Origin: Marsupella aquatica
Lineage: Eukaryota; Plantae; Marchantiophyta
Assembly (NCBI GenBank): GCA_973895155.1
Contig: OZ316898.1
Coordinates: 15,964,330 to 16,028,329 of the forward strand
DNA: 64,000 nucleotides
Direction of reading: 5' to 3'
Positions 50,040 to 62,900 of this stretch are shown here, piece by piece. The notes beneath the pieces were generated by a model, which was given only the letters and a program-made list of their open reading frames with translations, did no database searches and was not told the origin of the DNA. Each line of letters opens with the position of its first letter. The stretch's first letter is position 1. The translations under genes and the position numbers were made by a program.

Positions 50040-52599
50040 AGGAGGAATCTTAAACAAATCCCTACGTAACGTGTTAGGAGATTCCTACTCCAATACCAGA
50101 GATAGCTCCTCCATGTCTTTTACAAGGGGATTGCTTAAATTCCAAGCTGGACAAAATAGGAGGTTTGGGAGACTCCAGAGATATCACTTGAGGAACAATT
50201 GCTGCCCTCGAATCAGGAACAAGAGGGAAATCAAAACCGTTGATTCGACTTGCAATCTTATTTTGTAGCACTTTGACGATGGTGCTTAAACTTGCTATAT
50301 AACAGGTTCATAGATTGGAACTGGATTACATTGCAAGGAAGAAGTCTCGGGGGAATAATAAAGGGAAGGGAATAAAGGGAAGGAAGGATTACTCTTGAAT
50401 GTGCTGATTGTACTACATGAAGGAGAAGTCTCAAGTATTTATGATCATGGTGGAGCTTGTAATAAAGGGGTTAAGCCCTTAAGGATATAAAAGTTATTTG
50501 ATGTGAAAAAAATGGTTTTCAATGACCATTTTAAGGACCTTGAATGATTATTTAGGCATCTTTGAAGTATATTAAGCTTGAATCATGCCAAGATGTATGT
50601 AAAGATGTTATGGTCCCTCATCCGACTCAATAGTGAAAGAGGAATAAAACCATAAATGGATTGGTATTGGGGAAATCTAATAGCAAGGAGAGACCTACTT
50701 CAACCCCTCAAGGAAAGGTTTGGCTTTGGAATTGAGGTCCAACTTTTCACAAATCAAACTCAGACTTTTCAGCTCAAACTTTTATCAAGGTTGTGTTGCC
50801 CCACCTTCTAGTAGTTCATGGGAAAAATCACACCAGCTAAGTGATGGAAATTGAGGAATTATTCCATCCGGAATTTGAACCGGTTTTTGAGCCGGTTTGG
50901 ACATACCATCCAGTAAAAAAACTACCATAACTCTCAAACTATTTATCCAAATCAAGATATGTAAAGTGTGTTGGAAAGCTCTTTCCGAGGCGGTTAAGAT
51001 ATATATAAAGAAGTCTAAAAATGGATTCTAAATGACCCACTTAATATTATGAGACTCCAACCAGTGCAACCACGAGATATCTGAGATTTCCGGACAAATA
51101 ATGGAATGAAAATTTTGAAGCGTTGTTTCCACACCATTAGACCTTCAAGATGATTGACTTTGGACCAATAGGAAGTATGATCCATGGCTAAGGACCTTAA
51201 CCAATCACAATGGCTGAATAAGTATGAAAGGATACTATGAAAAGATATACCCATTCATTGGAAAATGGAGAGACTCGATAGTTGAATTCTTATTACTCTA
51301 GCACTCCTACATTTTACCTACACCAATGGACACCATCTCAAGACCTCATTTTTTGAAACCTTTCACTTTGAAACCAAGAAATGTACTACCTGCTTCCTAT
51401 TTTATTACTACCTTTGGAGGTGTCACTTTCATGCCAAACCCTCTCAACTTCATTGACCCAGTAGTAGACTCCACATCGGTGAAGCCTGACACTTCAACTC
51501 CTGAAGAGTAAAAAGTTATTCCATCCGGAAGTTGAACCGGCTTCCCATCCGATTTCCCACCCAATTTTTGATCCGGTTTCGTGTTTGAAGCCCTATAACA
51601 CTTAGTATAGGAAGAATTAGACTTTGAATTTTTGCTGAACACTTTATCTCATAGTCTAGTTTCAGACTTAGTATTACTTTTTACTTTTACACTTAGGTTA
51701 GGAATTGAAGAGGCATACCTCTTCAACTTTTGTTTAGAGGAGACTTGTCCCTAAGTATAAGAGGGAAAGTTTCCACCATTTTACTCAGACTTGCATTTCA
51801 CTTCTGAAAGTCTCCTTCTTTGAAGAGAAACAATAGATCCATATTTATCTATGCTTTGTGTTTGGACATTAGTGTGTGACCATTCTTGCTAGAAAATCTA
51901 TGTAAAGTGACTAGCAATGTCATAGTTAACCTTTAGGCCTGGAAATGCAAAGGTCTAAAGATGCATGTTGACTATGGAATACTTATGGCTTATTAAGTAT
52001 TAGTGGAAGATGCACCATACGAGAACTCACAAATTGCGTAGACCTAAAAGAGCAATCTAAAGGATTGAATAGAAGAATAAGTTAGTTCGGAGTAATCAGT
52101 ACCACCTTTGCCTTGACATAGATCATAAAGTTCATACGGGCTATCTTATATGTATCTTTTACAAATTCTTAGATGGTTGGCTTTAAAGATTAGCTTTAGA
52201 CATCAGCCTAATTTAGTTAGACTCTCTGTTGACTCTTAATCGTGCCTAACTTAGTCATAGATTGCTAAGTGGCGAGAGGAGATGAGACATTTAAGGCTCG
52301 CCTAATCCTATCTTTACGCCTCCGGCTTTTGGTTGTTTTGTTATAGTTTTAGAATTGATTATTGCACTATTGATGATGCAAACATCACAATACCTGAGGA
52401 TGTACTAAAAATTCCTTCCACCTGACCTAAGCATGTCGGTAAAGGCTTGAAATATGAGATAGGTTAGCTTAACTATCTCAAAGTATGTCAATACAATTTT
52501 TTAGGTCTCACAAGCTCTTAATGGGAACATATTCTGGTTGTTTAAGAGGAAAGTAGTCCATATTTCCTTAAACCCTACCCTACAGAGCTGCAAACAAGG

Positions 52600-52940
52600 A
52601 AGGAGTTGAAGTGTGTTTGGTCACATAATGGTGGTGAGTATAAGTCAATGAGTTTCACCAATTTGGTCGGGACCTTGGCCTCAAAGTGTTATTACATTAT
52701 ACGTGAGACCTTGTAGCAGAATGGAGTGGCAAAACGGTTGAATCGGACATTACTAGAGAAAGCACACAACATGCTATGTAGGTCCAAGTTGCCCCAATAA
52801 TTTTTGGGCTGAAGCTATCTACCAAGTTGCATATGTTTACAATCTATCACCGCACAATAGTAAATTGATGTACACTCCATTTGAGTTGTGGTACAAGAAA
52901 CCTGTTGATTACTCTAGACTCCAAGTTTTTGGTTGTTCAC
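52600..52940 (+). pseudogene. Copia integrase remnant
   Basis: SHNGGEY...QNGVAKRLNRTLLEKA...FWAEA...TPFELWYKKPVDYSRLQVFGC. Confidence 0.8.
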
Positions 52941-52953
52941 ATTGAGCAGACAT

Positions 52954-53600
52954 TATGATGCCTTGCTGAGAATCACTAGGGTATTCAAGGGTTAAAACTT
53001 TGTTGGATATACTCGGTTACATAAGTTATTAGGTGAAACGTGGGAAACTTAAGCAATCAAGTGTAATCATGGAACCTGAGCCAAGGTTGGAAGTGAGGGC
53101 GCAATGACAATGGCTTTTGGGTAATATTAGGGTTAGGGCACGCTAAGCACCATTGGTAGCAAATGATTGACCCCTGCACAATGGGCTGAAGCAGGGGGTA
53201 AGGACTGTTCACTAGGACCGATGGCTCATTCTTGACTACCAACGATCATCTTTGGAGGAACGAGAGAAGGCCAACCAAACTATCAGGAACTCAGGAAAGC
53301 ACATAGGGACCGTGGAAGCAAGTACCAAACATTGACACTAAGTGGGGATGAGCAATGTCAATCAAGCTGCATATTTTTGGGGTGCATATTTGAGCGAACA
53401 ATTGAGTTTATTGGGACTTATGAGGAAGAAGCACAGAGAGCAGCCAAAGAGAGGCAAGAGCTCGCCAGGTTGTAGGAGCTCTAGAGGTCTGCATTTATTG
53501 TTGGAGAGCTAATCAAGGCCAAGACACCTTGTTGTCGTTTGTCCGCCAAAACGAGTTGTTGTTTGGCAAGGACAACATTGTTGGCATTTGAGAGGCCTTC
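52954..53600 (+). mobile_element. Diverged fragment of a family A element (copy 3)
   Basis: TATGATGCC terminus-like start, then MEPEPRLEVR...GMSNVNQAAYFWG...EFIGTYEEE...RAAKERQELARL, matching the family A ORF N-terminus. Confidence 0.75.
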
Positions 53601-54766
53601 CTCTCTAATCTTTGCAAGTAAACTGTGTATTGACTATACCTTGTCTTTGACAAAGGCGTCATTCAAGGGATGCACTGGGTGCAGAGTAATGGTTGGGACT
53701 ATAAGGTGTATTATGAATATCTCACAATTTTGTGTTGCTGACAATGGTTTGGAAGTCCCCAAGTTGGGAGTTAGTCAGCATCACTAATTGTGGGTGCATT
53801 CCAATGCTGGAATCCAAGCATACTTATGATATCTATGCATATATATCTGGTAATAGTTTGAATTAGGTTGGTACAAGTAAAAGTTTGCATTGCACCCCTC
53901 CTTGCCCATAACCTCACCCCTCCTGGTGGAAGTAAGCACCAAATATTGTTAACCTGGAATTAAAGCTAGGGTTATTGGTGTGACAGAAAGCGGAGCTTCC
54001 TCCTATTATGCCCGACCCCACCACCTGCCCTGGCCCAAATCCTAATTGTTGCCACCGCCGCCCCCCGACCTCGCACCACCTAAACTGGCCCGACTACCCA
54101 ATCCCACCCCGAAAACTGCCCTAAGGTTTTGAGATTATAAAACCACTAAGGTCTGAAAATTATAAAAACATTTTTTGGACACAGAGCCAGTTTTGGCATA
54201 GCAATTCAATTGATGTTATTCTTAGTGTTCCAGAGATAATGCACTTTGTGTGTTGTTTATTGTAGTTAAGTAGAGTTATAGGTTTCTTAGTTGAAACTTT
54301 TGAATTGAGCGGGGCTAGTCAAAGTGGTGTGTTATCGTTCAAGAAGAGTTTTCTTCATTCTTGTTGTGGACAATGGTTTAATTGTGGTGGTTTTGTACTC
54401 ACTAACAGTTTTTGCTTAAATTTTGAGAGGGATATGACTGTTTAGTCTCTCTTTCAGGGTTTCTCATCTGGTTCGAGGAGGTGCTTATATTTGAAGAGTA
54501 GTTGGTTTAGTTTTGAGGTTATGGTTTAGCTATGAATTGGTGCGGAACTTTCACTCAAGCTCAGTGGCTGCTTTACTTATTTCATAAGCTTGGTGGTATG
54601 TGTTCAAGAATTGGATTTGGTTTATCTTCTTAGATGCGGATGGCATGATGGATAGACGTCACTTCCGATCAAGAGATTCTGCAAACAAGTGGTCACAAGG
54701 GAATTCCAACAACTACTGAGCAATACTGGCGGCTAGAGTTTCAGCAGTACGCCCTCCACATTCGCG

Positions 54767-57128
54767 AGTTTCGCGATTCTGAGCTCGGGGCAAAATTTCA
54801 CTTCGAGTTGGAAGGGCAATCGGCTGCGGTTTAAGCTCAGATTTTGCCAGAGCATTGGAAACAGCAAGAATGTATCACTGACAAAGTTAGAGCTGCAACC
54901 GACATCGTTTGGTATGCACTTTAGCATGCGCGATCTGCTACGGCTCCAATTTCGCGATTCTGAGCTCGGGGCAAAATTTCACTTCGAGTTAGAAGGGCAA
55001 TCGGCTGCGGTTTGAGCTCAGATTTTGCCAGAGCATTGGAAACAGCAAGAATGTATCACTGGCAAAGTTAGAGCTGCAACCGACATCGTTTGATATGCAC
55101 TTTAGCATGCAAGATCTGTTACGTCTCCAGTTTCGCAATTCTGAGCTTGGGGCGAAATTTCACTTCGAGTTGGAAGGGAAATCGGCTGCGGTTTAAGCTC
55201 AGACTTTGCCAGAGCATTGGAAACAGCGAGAATGTATCACTGGCAAAGTTAGAGCTGCAACCGACATCGTTTGGTATGCACTTTAGCATGCACGATCCGT
55301 TACGTCTCCAGTTTCGCAATTCTGAGCTTGGGGCGAAATTTCACTTCGAGTTGGAAGGGAAATCGGCTGCGATTTAAGCTCAGACTTTGCCAGAGCATTG
55401 GAAACAGCGAGAATGTATCACTGGCAAAGTTAGAGCTGCAACCGACATCGTTTGGTATGCACTTTAGCATGCACGATCTGCTACGTGTCCAGTTTCGGGA
55501 TTCTGAGCTTGGGGCGAAATTTCACTTCGAGTTGGAAGGGCAATCAGCTGCGGTTTGAGCTCAGACTTTGCCAGAGTGTTGCAAACAACGAGAGTGTATC
55601 ACTGGCAAAGGTAGAGCTGCAACTGACATCCTCTACTGCTCCCAATTTCTATTTGTCGTCTAAGAGTACATTCTAACAACAATTTCAGCTTTGTGATGGC
55701 AACGGAGGAGATTGCCCATCTCAAGGCTTTGCTTGAGAAAATCTTAGTTGTGGTTGAAAACTCCGCAATTGAGATTACCACACTCAGCAAGGAGGTGACG
55801 GAGCTAAAGAATGAGAATGTCAAGCAAAAGCGGTTGATTAGTGATCTTCGATCTCAAACTCAGGAGAATGGTAAGCAACTCTCATTGCTTGCATCGTGTT
55901 TTGGAGACATGGAGAAGAGTATGTGCCCAGAGAAATCAGTGATACATGAGGCTGTAGGGGAGATTGAGGAAAAGCTCAAAACCTTTGCACAGGCTGCAAA
56001 ACAATCACATATGGAATTTGTCCAAGCCAAGGAGGAGGAGAGGAGAGGAGAGGAGTTGGGCCTCATGTGTAAAATCTAGGGCTGCCAATGGGTACAGAGC
56101 TTTTTATGCATTCATGAACAAATGCAAAAGAGCTGGTCTACACACTTGGAGGTTAAGGAAACATCTCTTTGGAGCTTTGGTGAAACCAGTCATTCTTTAT
56201 GGAGCACCAATTTGGGGAGCAGGTGTGTCTAAATCTGGGTGGCAACAGATTGAGGGGCTGCAAAAGCTATTTCTTGAGATGGAGCTTGGGATCAAGTCAC
56301 AAACCCCATATACACTTACACTTGCAGAGGCAGGCTTGTTTCCTTTGGAGGTGGAGGCACTCTTCCACACACTCAAATACATCATGCGTGTAAGAGAGTT
56401 GGAGGAAAACAGATTTCCTTTTCATGCCTTGCGCTCATCTTCAGCTAAAGGGTGGTATGCAGATGTGTGCAGGTGGGCCCATGCTTGGGATTTTCCTGAA
56501 CATGAATGGCCAACACACCCAACCAAGCTAAGAGCAAAACTTGAGCAAAAGGCTTTGCACAAACTTTGGCATGAACCTAGCCCACGGCAGCAATACTACA
56601 TGAGAGATGTGAACCCCATGAAGAAATATCGAGAACAAGAATACTTATCTAGCACTATCTCAGTACAACTTAGACAACTTATTGCTCAGTATAGACTAAG
56701 CTCACACCACCTTGAAGTAGAACAAGGGAGATGGAAGGATATTGACAGGAAAAAGAGGGTTTGTCAGTTATGTGATAGCTCTAGTATAGAGAATGAATAT
56801 CATGTATTCATTGCTTGCAAGTTTTATGAGGGGGTTAGGATGGCATCTCAAATCTTGGTGAAAGATTTGTATGCATTGTTTGGTCTGCCCCCTCAGCAAC
56901 TTGGAAGATATATCTTTGCGGTGGATAGGGAAAGGAGAATAGGTTTGGAAAATCTTTCAGGGCTCTCTAGGTCCATAGTTTCTTTGAGGACATAGTTGTC
57001 CTCTTCTGAGCAATCTCTTTTGGTTGCTCTTTTCTTTGATTGCATTGTACTTTACTTTTTGTGGCAGCTCCTTTGACTTTCATGGTCCCGGAGCTTATAA
57101 TACATTACCATTACCATTACCATTACCA
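54767..57128 (+). mobile_element. Internally deleted copy of the RTEX-like LINE
   Basis: About 4.8 181-bp monomers; the ORF1 5' half is fused at ~56050 to the ORF2 C-terminal region; same 3' UTR and (CATTAC)n tail; near-identical to 40301-45250. Confidence 0.93.
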
Positions 57129-57344
57129 ACTCCAATTCCAGGTCAGATGTCTGGTCACCAATGCCACAAGCTATGATGTGCTCATTGGCCAAGAGGCTTT
57201 ATTCCCGCCAGGATTTACCATTGATAACTGGTTTGAGCATGCATACTATCGTGCTGATTGGCAAACTGATGGCATGTGCTTGGGCTACATTCTACTGGAT
57301 TTACATGGGGATCATACCCCTAGTGCTTACTGTGTGTTGCAAGA

Positions 57345-57457
57345 TCTCTTTTGGTTGCTCTTTTCTTTGATTGCATTGTACTTTACTTTTTGTGGCAGCT
57401 CCTTTGACTTTCATGGTCCCGGAGCTTATAATACATTACCATTACCATTACCATTAC
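57345..57457 (+). mobile_element. 5'-truncated RTEX LINE 3' end (TSD CAAGA)
   Basis: Copy of the last ~115 nt of the LINE with a (CATTAC)n tail, flanked by CAAGA at 57340-57344 and 57458-57462. Confidence 0.88.
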
Positions 57458-57719
57458 CAAGAGGTGCATACAGTCTCCTATGTCAACCATTCATTGCACG
57501 ATTGGATTGAAGAAGATGAAGAGGAGTTGGCTACCACACAAGCCAATGAGAGCTTACTGGCTGCACCTACTGAGTTAGCCCAACCTGAGGTTGTCCAACG
57601 GCTAAGAGCTGCCCATGGACCATTGACTATTGCTCTACAGCAATGTGAGGGCCTACAAAGCCATGGCCAGCCCATCTTCCCAGTCTTGAGCACACTAATC
57701 ACTTGGACACCTCCTCAAG

Positions 57720-58660
57720 ATGGCGTTACCTTGCTGGAGCTTTTTGGTGGCATTTCTACAGGCCTAGAGGGGGTCTTGCAGTCTGGCATGATGGTGAAGA
57801 GGTACATCTATGTGGACACTGACCCATATGCAAGGAAGGGCTCAATCACGGATGCTGGAATTTTCAGCTAGGTTCCCACAAAGTTTCCACCTAGTGCATG
57901 GAAGGCAAGCTTCACTCTCTTTCCTCCTGATGTTCAGTTGCTACAACAGAAACACATTGAGCTACTTGGTTCCTTGGACCTCATCATTGTTGGCTGGGAA
58001 TGCCAAGGTTTCTCTGTTGCAAGTTCTGGAGCTGGTTTGAGTGATCCCCGGTCAGCCCTCTTCATGGACCTGGTACAAATACTCAATTGGGCCCAGGCTC
58101 TTTACCCTGCTGTTGGTTATGTCATTGAGAATACACCCTCTCAATTTGACCAGCGCAAGAACATCCAAGAGGATTTTCTTCTAGTCCAAAACTATCTTGG
58201 TCCACCGTTCTTAATTGATGCAGCCCAATGTGGGTCTTATGCATTGTTTGCATAATTTCTGGACCAATATTGCACCAGTTTGCTTACTACAATTGGCTCT
58301 AAAACATACGGTCAGGGACCCTACATTACAGGTGCACCAGATTTTGGTGCTAATAGCTCTTGTCAGCCCGTCAATTGGCAAGAGAGAGCACCTTGGTACC
58401 TGCTAACACCATTGGGGAGCCAAGAGGTGCTTGGCCTACCTTTGTTTTTGTTTCCTGGCGCCCATGCCTTCCAAGGGGATGGACCAGGGCTGGTCTACCG
58501 TCACGCTTTGGATACATGGGATGAGCCAAGCCCGGAGGAGCGAGAGCAAGCTAGCGGTTTCCAAACTGGCACTACTGGTCATGTTCAAGTGACTAGGCTA
58601 GAGCGGAATTCTCTTCTTGGCAGAGTCATGGATCTTAATGCTTTAACATGGCTTTTGGTT
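57720..58660 (+). pseudogene. C5 cytosine DNA methyltransferase domain (frameshifted) within the Gypsy pol
   Basis: Motifs in canonical order: I LLELFGGISTG (57731), II YIYVDTD, IV DLIIVGWECQGFS (Cys 58001-58003), VI YVIENT (58118), VIII DAAQCGSYAHCLHNFWTN, IX EPSPEEREQASGF, X RNSLLGRVMD. Confidence 0.85.
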
Positions 58661-59985
58661 ACTTGTATTCTTTTCCAGATGCATACTGTTCCTACTATGG
58701 GCGACCCAGCCTCTCGGCTTAATGAAGTTCTTACCTGGCACCCTGATGAAGTACATTTACCCATCCTCTCCACTCTACATTTCACTCCTAGTGTTGGGGG
58801 GGGGGAGAGGTACCCTGTAATGTGACTGAAATTTCAAAATCAGAGCATGGCATGGACCAGATCACACCAGGCAAAGAGGAAAGCATATCAGGTTCTTCTA
58901 GTACACCCACTAGCTCTACGCCATGCGTTGCAAATTTCCAGTTTGTGATGGGTAATCAGTTGAGTAAGAAGCAACGGGATCAGGTACTAAATTTGCTGTT
59001 GAGCTATGAAGATGTGTTTGCTTTCTCAATGAGAGACTTGGGCAAGTGCAAGGTGATGCAATTCTCCATTGAGCTGAAGGGTGAGAGACCTATTTATCGG
59101 TGGAGACACCGGTTGAGCAAGCACGAGTGGCAGCTGGTGGATGAGAGATGCAAAGAGCTTTACGAAGCAGGTCTGATCCAGCCCTCCAACTCTGACTTTG
59201 CAGCGGCTACAATGATGCCAGCAAAGAAAGATTCTGGTGGGCTATGGACAGAGAAGAGGATGTGTGGGGACTACAGGCCACTCAATCTGGTCACACCTCA
59301 AGATAGGTACCCCATGCCTATCGCTGAAGAGCTCTTTGACTCCATTGGAGATTCTGATATCTTTACCCTCATAGACTTGAGGCAAGGCTTCAACCAGATC
59401 ATTATTCGGGCTGAGGACCGTAAGAAGACAGCTTTTCATGGGAGCAATCGATTGTGGGAATGGTTGGTGATGCCATTTGGACTGAAGAATGCACCCGACT
59501 ACAGAATTTACATCCAGGACTTTAGCATCATTGCTCACCCATTGTACATGTTGCTTAAGAAGGATGTTACCTGGAAATGGACTGAAGACACTCAGGTGGC
59601 ATTTGAAACTTTGAAGGGAAAGTTATCAAGTTATCCTGTTCTCAGAAGGCCTGATTTCAGCAAAACATTCATTTTGCATACAGATTGGAGTGCTCTAGGT
59701 ATTGGTGCCATTTTGGGTCAATCTGATGGGGATGGGCGAGAGTATGTCATTGCTTATGCATCTAGGAGCAATAACAAGGCTGAGAGCAACTACTCCTCTT
59801 ATGAAGGCGAATGCTTGGCTGTTGTGTGGGCTGTCATACATTTCAGACCCTACCTGTATGGCACTAAGTTCATGCTCTTTACCGATCACCAGCCACTGAA
59901 GTGGTTGATGACCAATGATAAGTTTACCGGCAAGCTAGCTCGTTGGGCCCTCATTTTGCAAGAATATGAGTTTGAAGTTATTCAT

Positions 59986-62900
59986 AGACTTGATTTTATC
60001 TAGGCAAAATTTTTGCAATGAGTTTTGCGAGAGGGCAATACCAAAGGGAGCACCAAGATATTTCTGGACCTCTCCCGGCTTGCTGATAGTGCAACCTGTA
60101 AGCGTCAACCACTCGGGAATGTCCTCCATGGCCAGTGGAATGATAACTGACTTATGTAAGTTGAGCTTGGCGCCAGAAGCCAACTCATAACAAGAAAGCA
60201 CAGCCTTTGCTTGCAAGAATGCTTCCTCAGTTGCCGGAATGAAGAGCCCTATGTCATCTGCAAAGAACCTGTAGCAAATAGTGAATCCCGGTGCAATATC
60301 TACTCCACTGAAATTACCACTTTTAATCTCAGAATCAATGAGATCCATGAGTGGTTGGGTAGAGATGACAAATAGAAGGGGCGAGAGGGGGCAACCCTGT
60401 CTCACACCCCTTTCTAGCAGAAGAGAATCTGAGAGCAGTCCATTGACATGTGCTCTGGATGCTGCTAAGCTGAGAAGGGATTTAACTAGTCTGATAAAAT
60501 GATCGCTAATTCCTAAAGAGTACATTGTATCTCAAATGTAAGAATGATTTACTCTGTCAAAGGCTTTCTCAAAATCAAGTTTGAGAAAGAGAGTCTCCTT
60601 TTTCATGGCATGGACCCAATTGCTGGTTAACCACGCCAGCAAAATATTCTCTAGGATAAATCTGTCGGGAATGAAACCGGTCTGTTGTGGGTTGATAAAC
60701 TTGTGCACCAGTAACTTGAGTCGAAGAGCTAATATCTTAGCTATCAATTTGTAGATAGTATTGAGCATAGTTAATGGCCTCCAATCTTTGAGTCTGCTCT
60801 TATCTGGCTTCTTGGGAATAAATTTGAGGATTCCTTCCTTTATCCCAGCCGCCAACCTTCCTGTAATCCAGTAGTCCTATATCATATTAGATAACTCATC
60901 TTTTACAAACTCCCAACAAGCCCTATATACTTCCGCAGTGATGCCGTCTGGACCAGGTGCCTTGTCCTTGGGAAGTAACCAGAGAGTCTCCTCAATTTCC
61001 TTCAGTGACGAAAGAGACTCCAGCATTGTGAGTTCACCTTGCGAGAGTGCATGTTGAGTGTTGCTCAACAGCCTGCTCCTTGCAGCTAAACTTAGCTTCT
61101 CTTCGTCACTGCAAGAGATCGGTGGAGAGTAAAGTTCTCTACAGTGAGCTTCAACTTGTTTTAGAATCTCTCGAGGATTCAAGAGAACCCGCCCGTCCTC
61201 TAAAATCAGCTTGTCCATAGCTTCCCGCGCCCGTTTAGCTTTGACTGTAGCAAAATAGAATTTTGAAGGTTCCTCTCCTTGACCAATCCAATTCACCCTT
61301 GCTAAGCGTCTCAAATGTAAGGCTTCATCCATCTCAGCAATTTTGACTTGTTCCTTTGCTTCAGAAAACTCTCTCAAGACTGCATCATTGTGAGACTCAA
61401 CAATCTCTATCTTAAGCTGTCGCAGTCTATCTCGTAAGAAAAACATCTCTTCATCCTTTTGTTTCGGAGTAGCTTGGATTTCCATGTAACAATCTCTCAA
61501 CCTGGAGCTCGCTTTCATAAACCAAATGTGAGGATCCAGTTTGTCATCAGCTCCCTTCCTCCAAGCTTCTTCTAGGACATTCAGATTATATGCTTGTCTA
61601 AGAACATACGGATTGGCTTTAAAGAAGTTGAATCTACCTCTTGTATCTTCCCTTAGCTGCCTTACGAGATGGAATTTCAGTATGATTGGATCATGGTCAG
61701 ACAGAGCTGATCCCCCTTCATGTTTTAGTTCAGTCACTTCCCCCAGCCACCATCCTTTATCGCTAATATAGAAACGGTCCAGTCTAGACTCTATAAGGTT
61801 CCCTAATCTAATTTTGCGCCAAGTGAACTTTGCTCCTGAAAAAAGCTCAGTAATGTTTTGTGCATCTTCTAAGTTAAATTTTACTTTAAGAAATCACCAA
61901 AATTCTGCCTCTCTTCCTCTGATCGCTTGTGTACTGCCAGAAGTATCATCCCGAGATTCTATCATATTAAAGTCTCCACAGAGTATCCAGTTTTCCAGTG
62001 GAAGAACACTTTTTAGTTCATTCCATAGCAGGGCACGCTCTCCCGGAGAATTGGGAGCATACGTGCTAATTATGCCAAAAGTTCCTGTTTCATGTTTTAT
62101 CAAAGTCAAAGTCAAAGTCAAAGTCAAATTCTAAGCTCCACAATGACCCAATGAGTCAAGGGAGCTGTGGCAAAAAAGCCAAATACAAAGCAAAAAAATG
62201 AGTCAAATGCTCATGTGAGGATCTCTACATCCTCACTAATAACAAACTAAGGACCTTAAGAGTCACTAATGTGTAATGCTATCACATCGTTTCCTATCCA
62301 CTGCCATGATATACAATCCAAGTTGCTTTGGTGGCAACCTACATAGATCATGCAGATCAGAAAGAAGGATTTGATGTGCTATTTGAACCTCCTCATACCG
62401 TCTACATGCTATGAATACATGATATTCATTCTCAATGCTGCCACTATCACAAAGTCTACACACCCTATCCTGCCTCCTAATTCCCTTCCATCTACCCTCC
62501 TCTACCTCCAAGTGATGTGAACTGAGTCTATATCTAGCAATCACTTGTCTCAACCTCATAGAAATGGGAGCTCTAAGATACTCTTGTTCTTCATAAAACA
62601 TCATGGGGTTTACATCCCTCATAAAATACTGTAATCTAGGGCTAGGATCACTCCAAAGTTTTCTAATAGCTTTATCACGCAAGAGTGACCAAAGCTTCTT
62701 TGGTTGAGTATGCCATTCATGCTCAGATAAGTCCCATGATTGGGCCCAGCTACATACATCAGCATACCAACCAAAAGCTCTAGATATGTGAAAGGCTTGC
62801 GTAGGTAGCCTAGAATCATTCAACGCCTCCACTCTCCTAGCATATTGAAGAGTGTGATAGAGAGCTTCAACCTCCAATGGTAGAAGACCTACCTCAGCCA

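Larger units (their letters stand above)
57129..59985 (+). mobile_element. Ty3/Gypsy pol fragment: protease, C5 DNA methyltransferase, RT, RNase H (decayed)
   Basis: Protease tail VTNATSYDVLIGQE; DNMT motifs; RT KRMCGDYRPLN, DRYPMP, IDLRQGFNQI, MPFGLKNAP; RNase H FILHTDWS, IAYASR, NYSSYEGECLAVVWA, FTDHQPLKW. Confidence 0.9.

Noticed and set aside
50072-52390. Another solo LTR starting TGTTAG
   Set aside because: Composition is LTR-like, but no matching end or TSD could be established.
53600-54766. 5' part (LTR, gag) of the DNMT-bearing Gypsy
   Set aside because: No gag, DTG/DSG protease motif, PBS or LTR could be recognised upstream of the LINE insertion.
57720-58660. Host DRM/DNMT3 gene or bacterial restriction-modification methylase
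   Set aside because: No introns or UBA/PWWP domains, and no adjacent nuclease. Its N-terminus is in frame with a retropepsin and it directly precedes a Gypsy RT.
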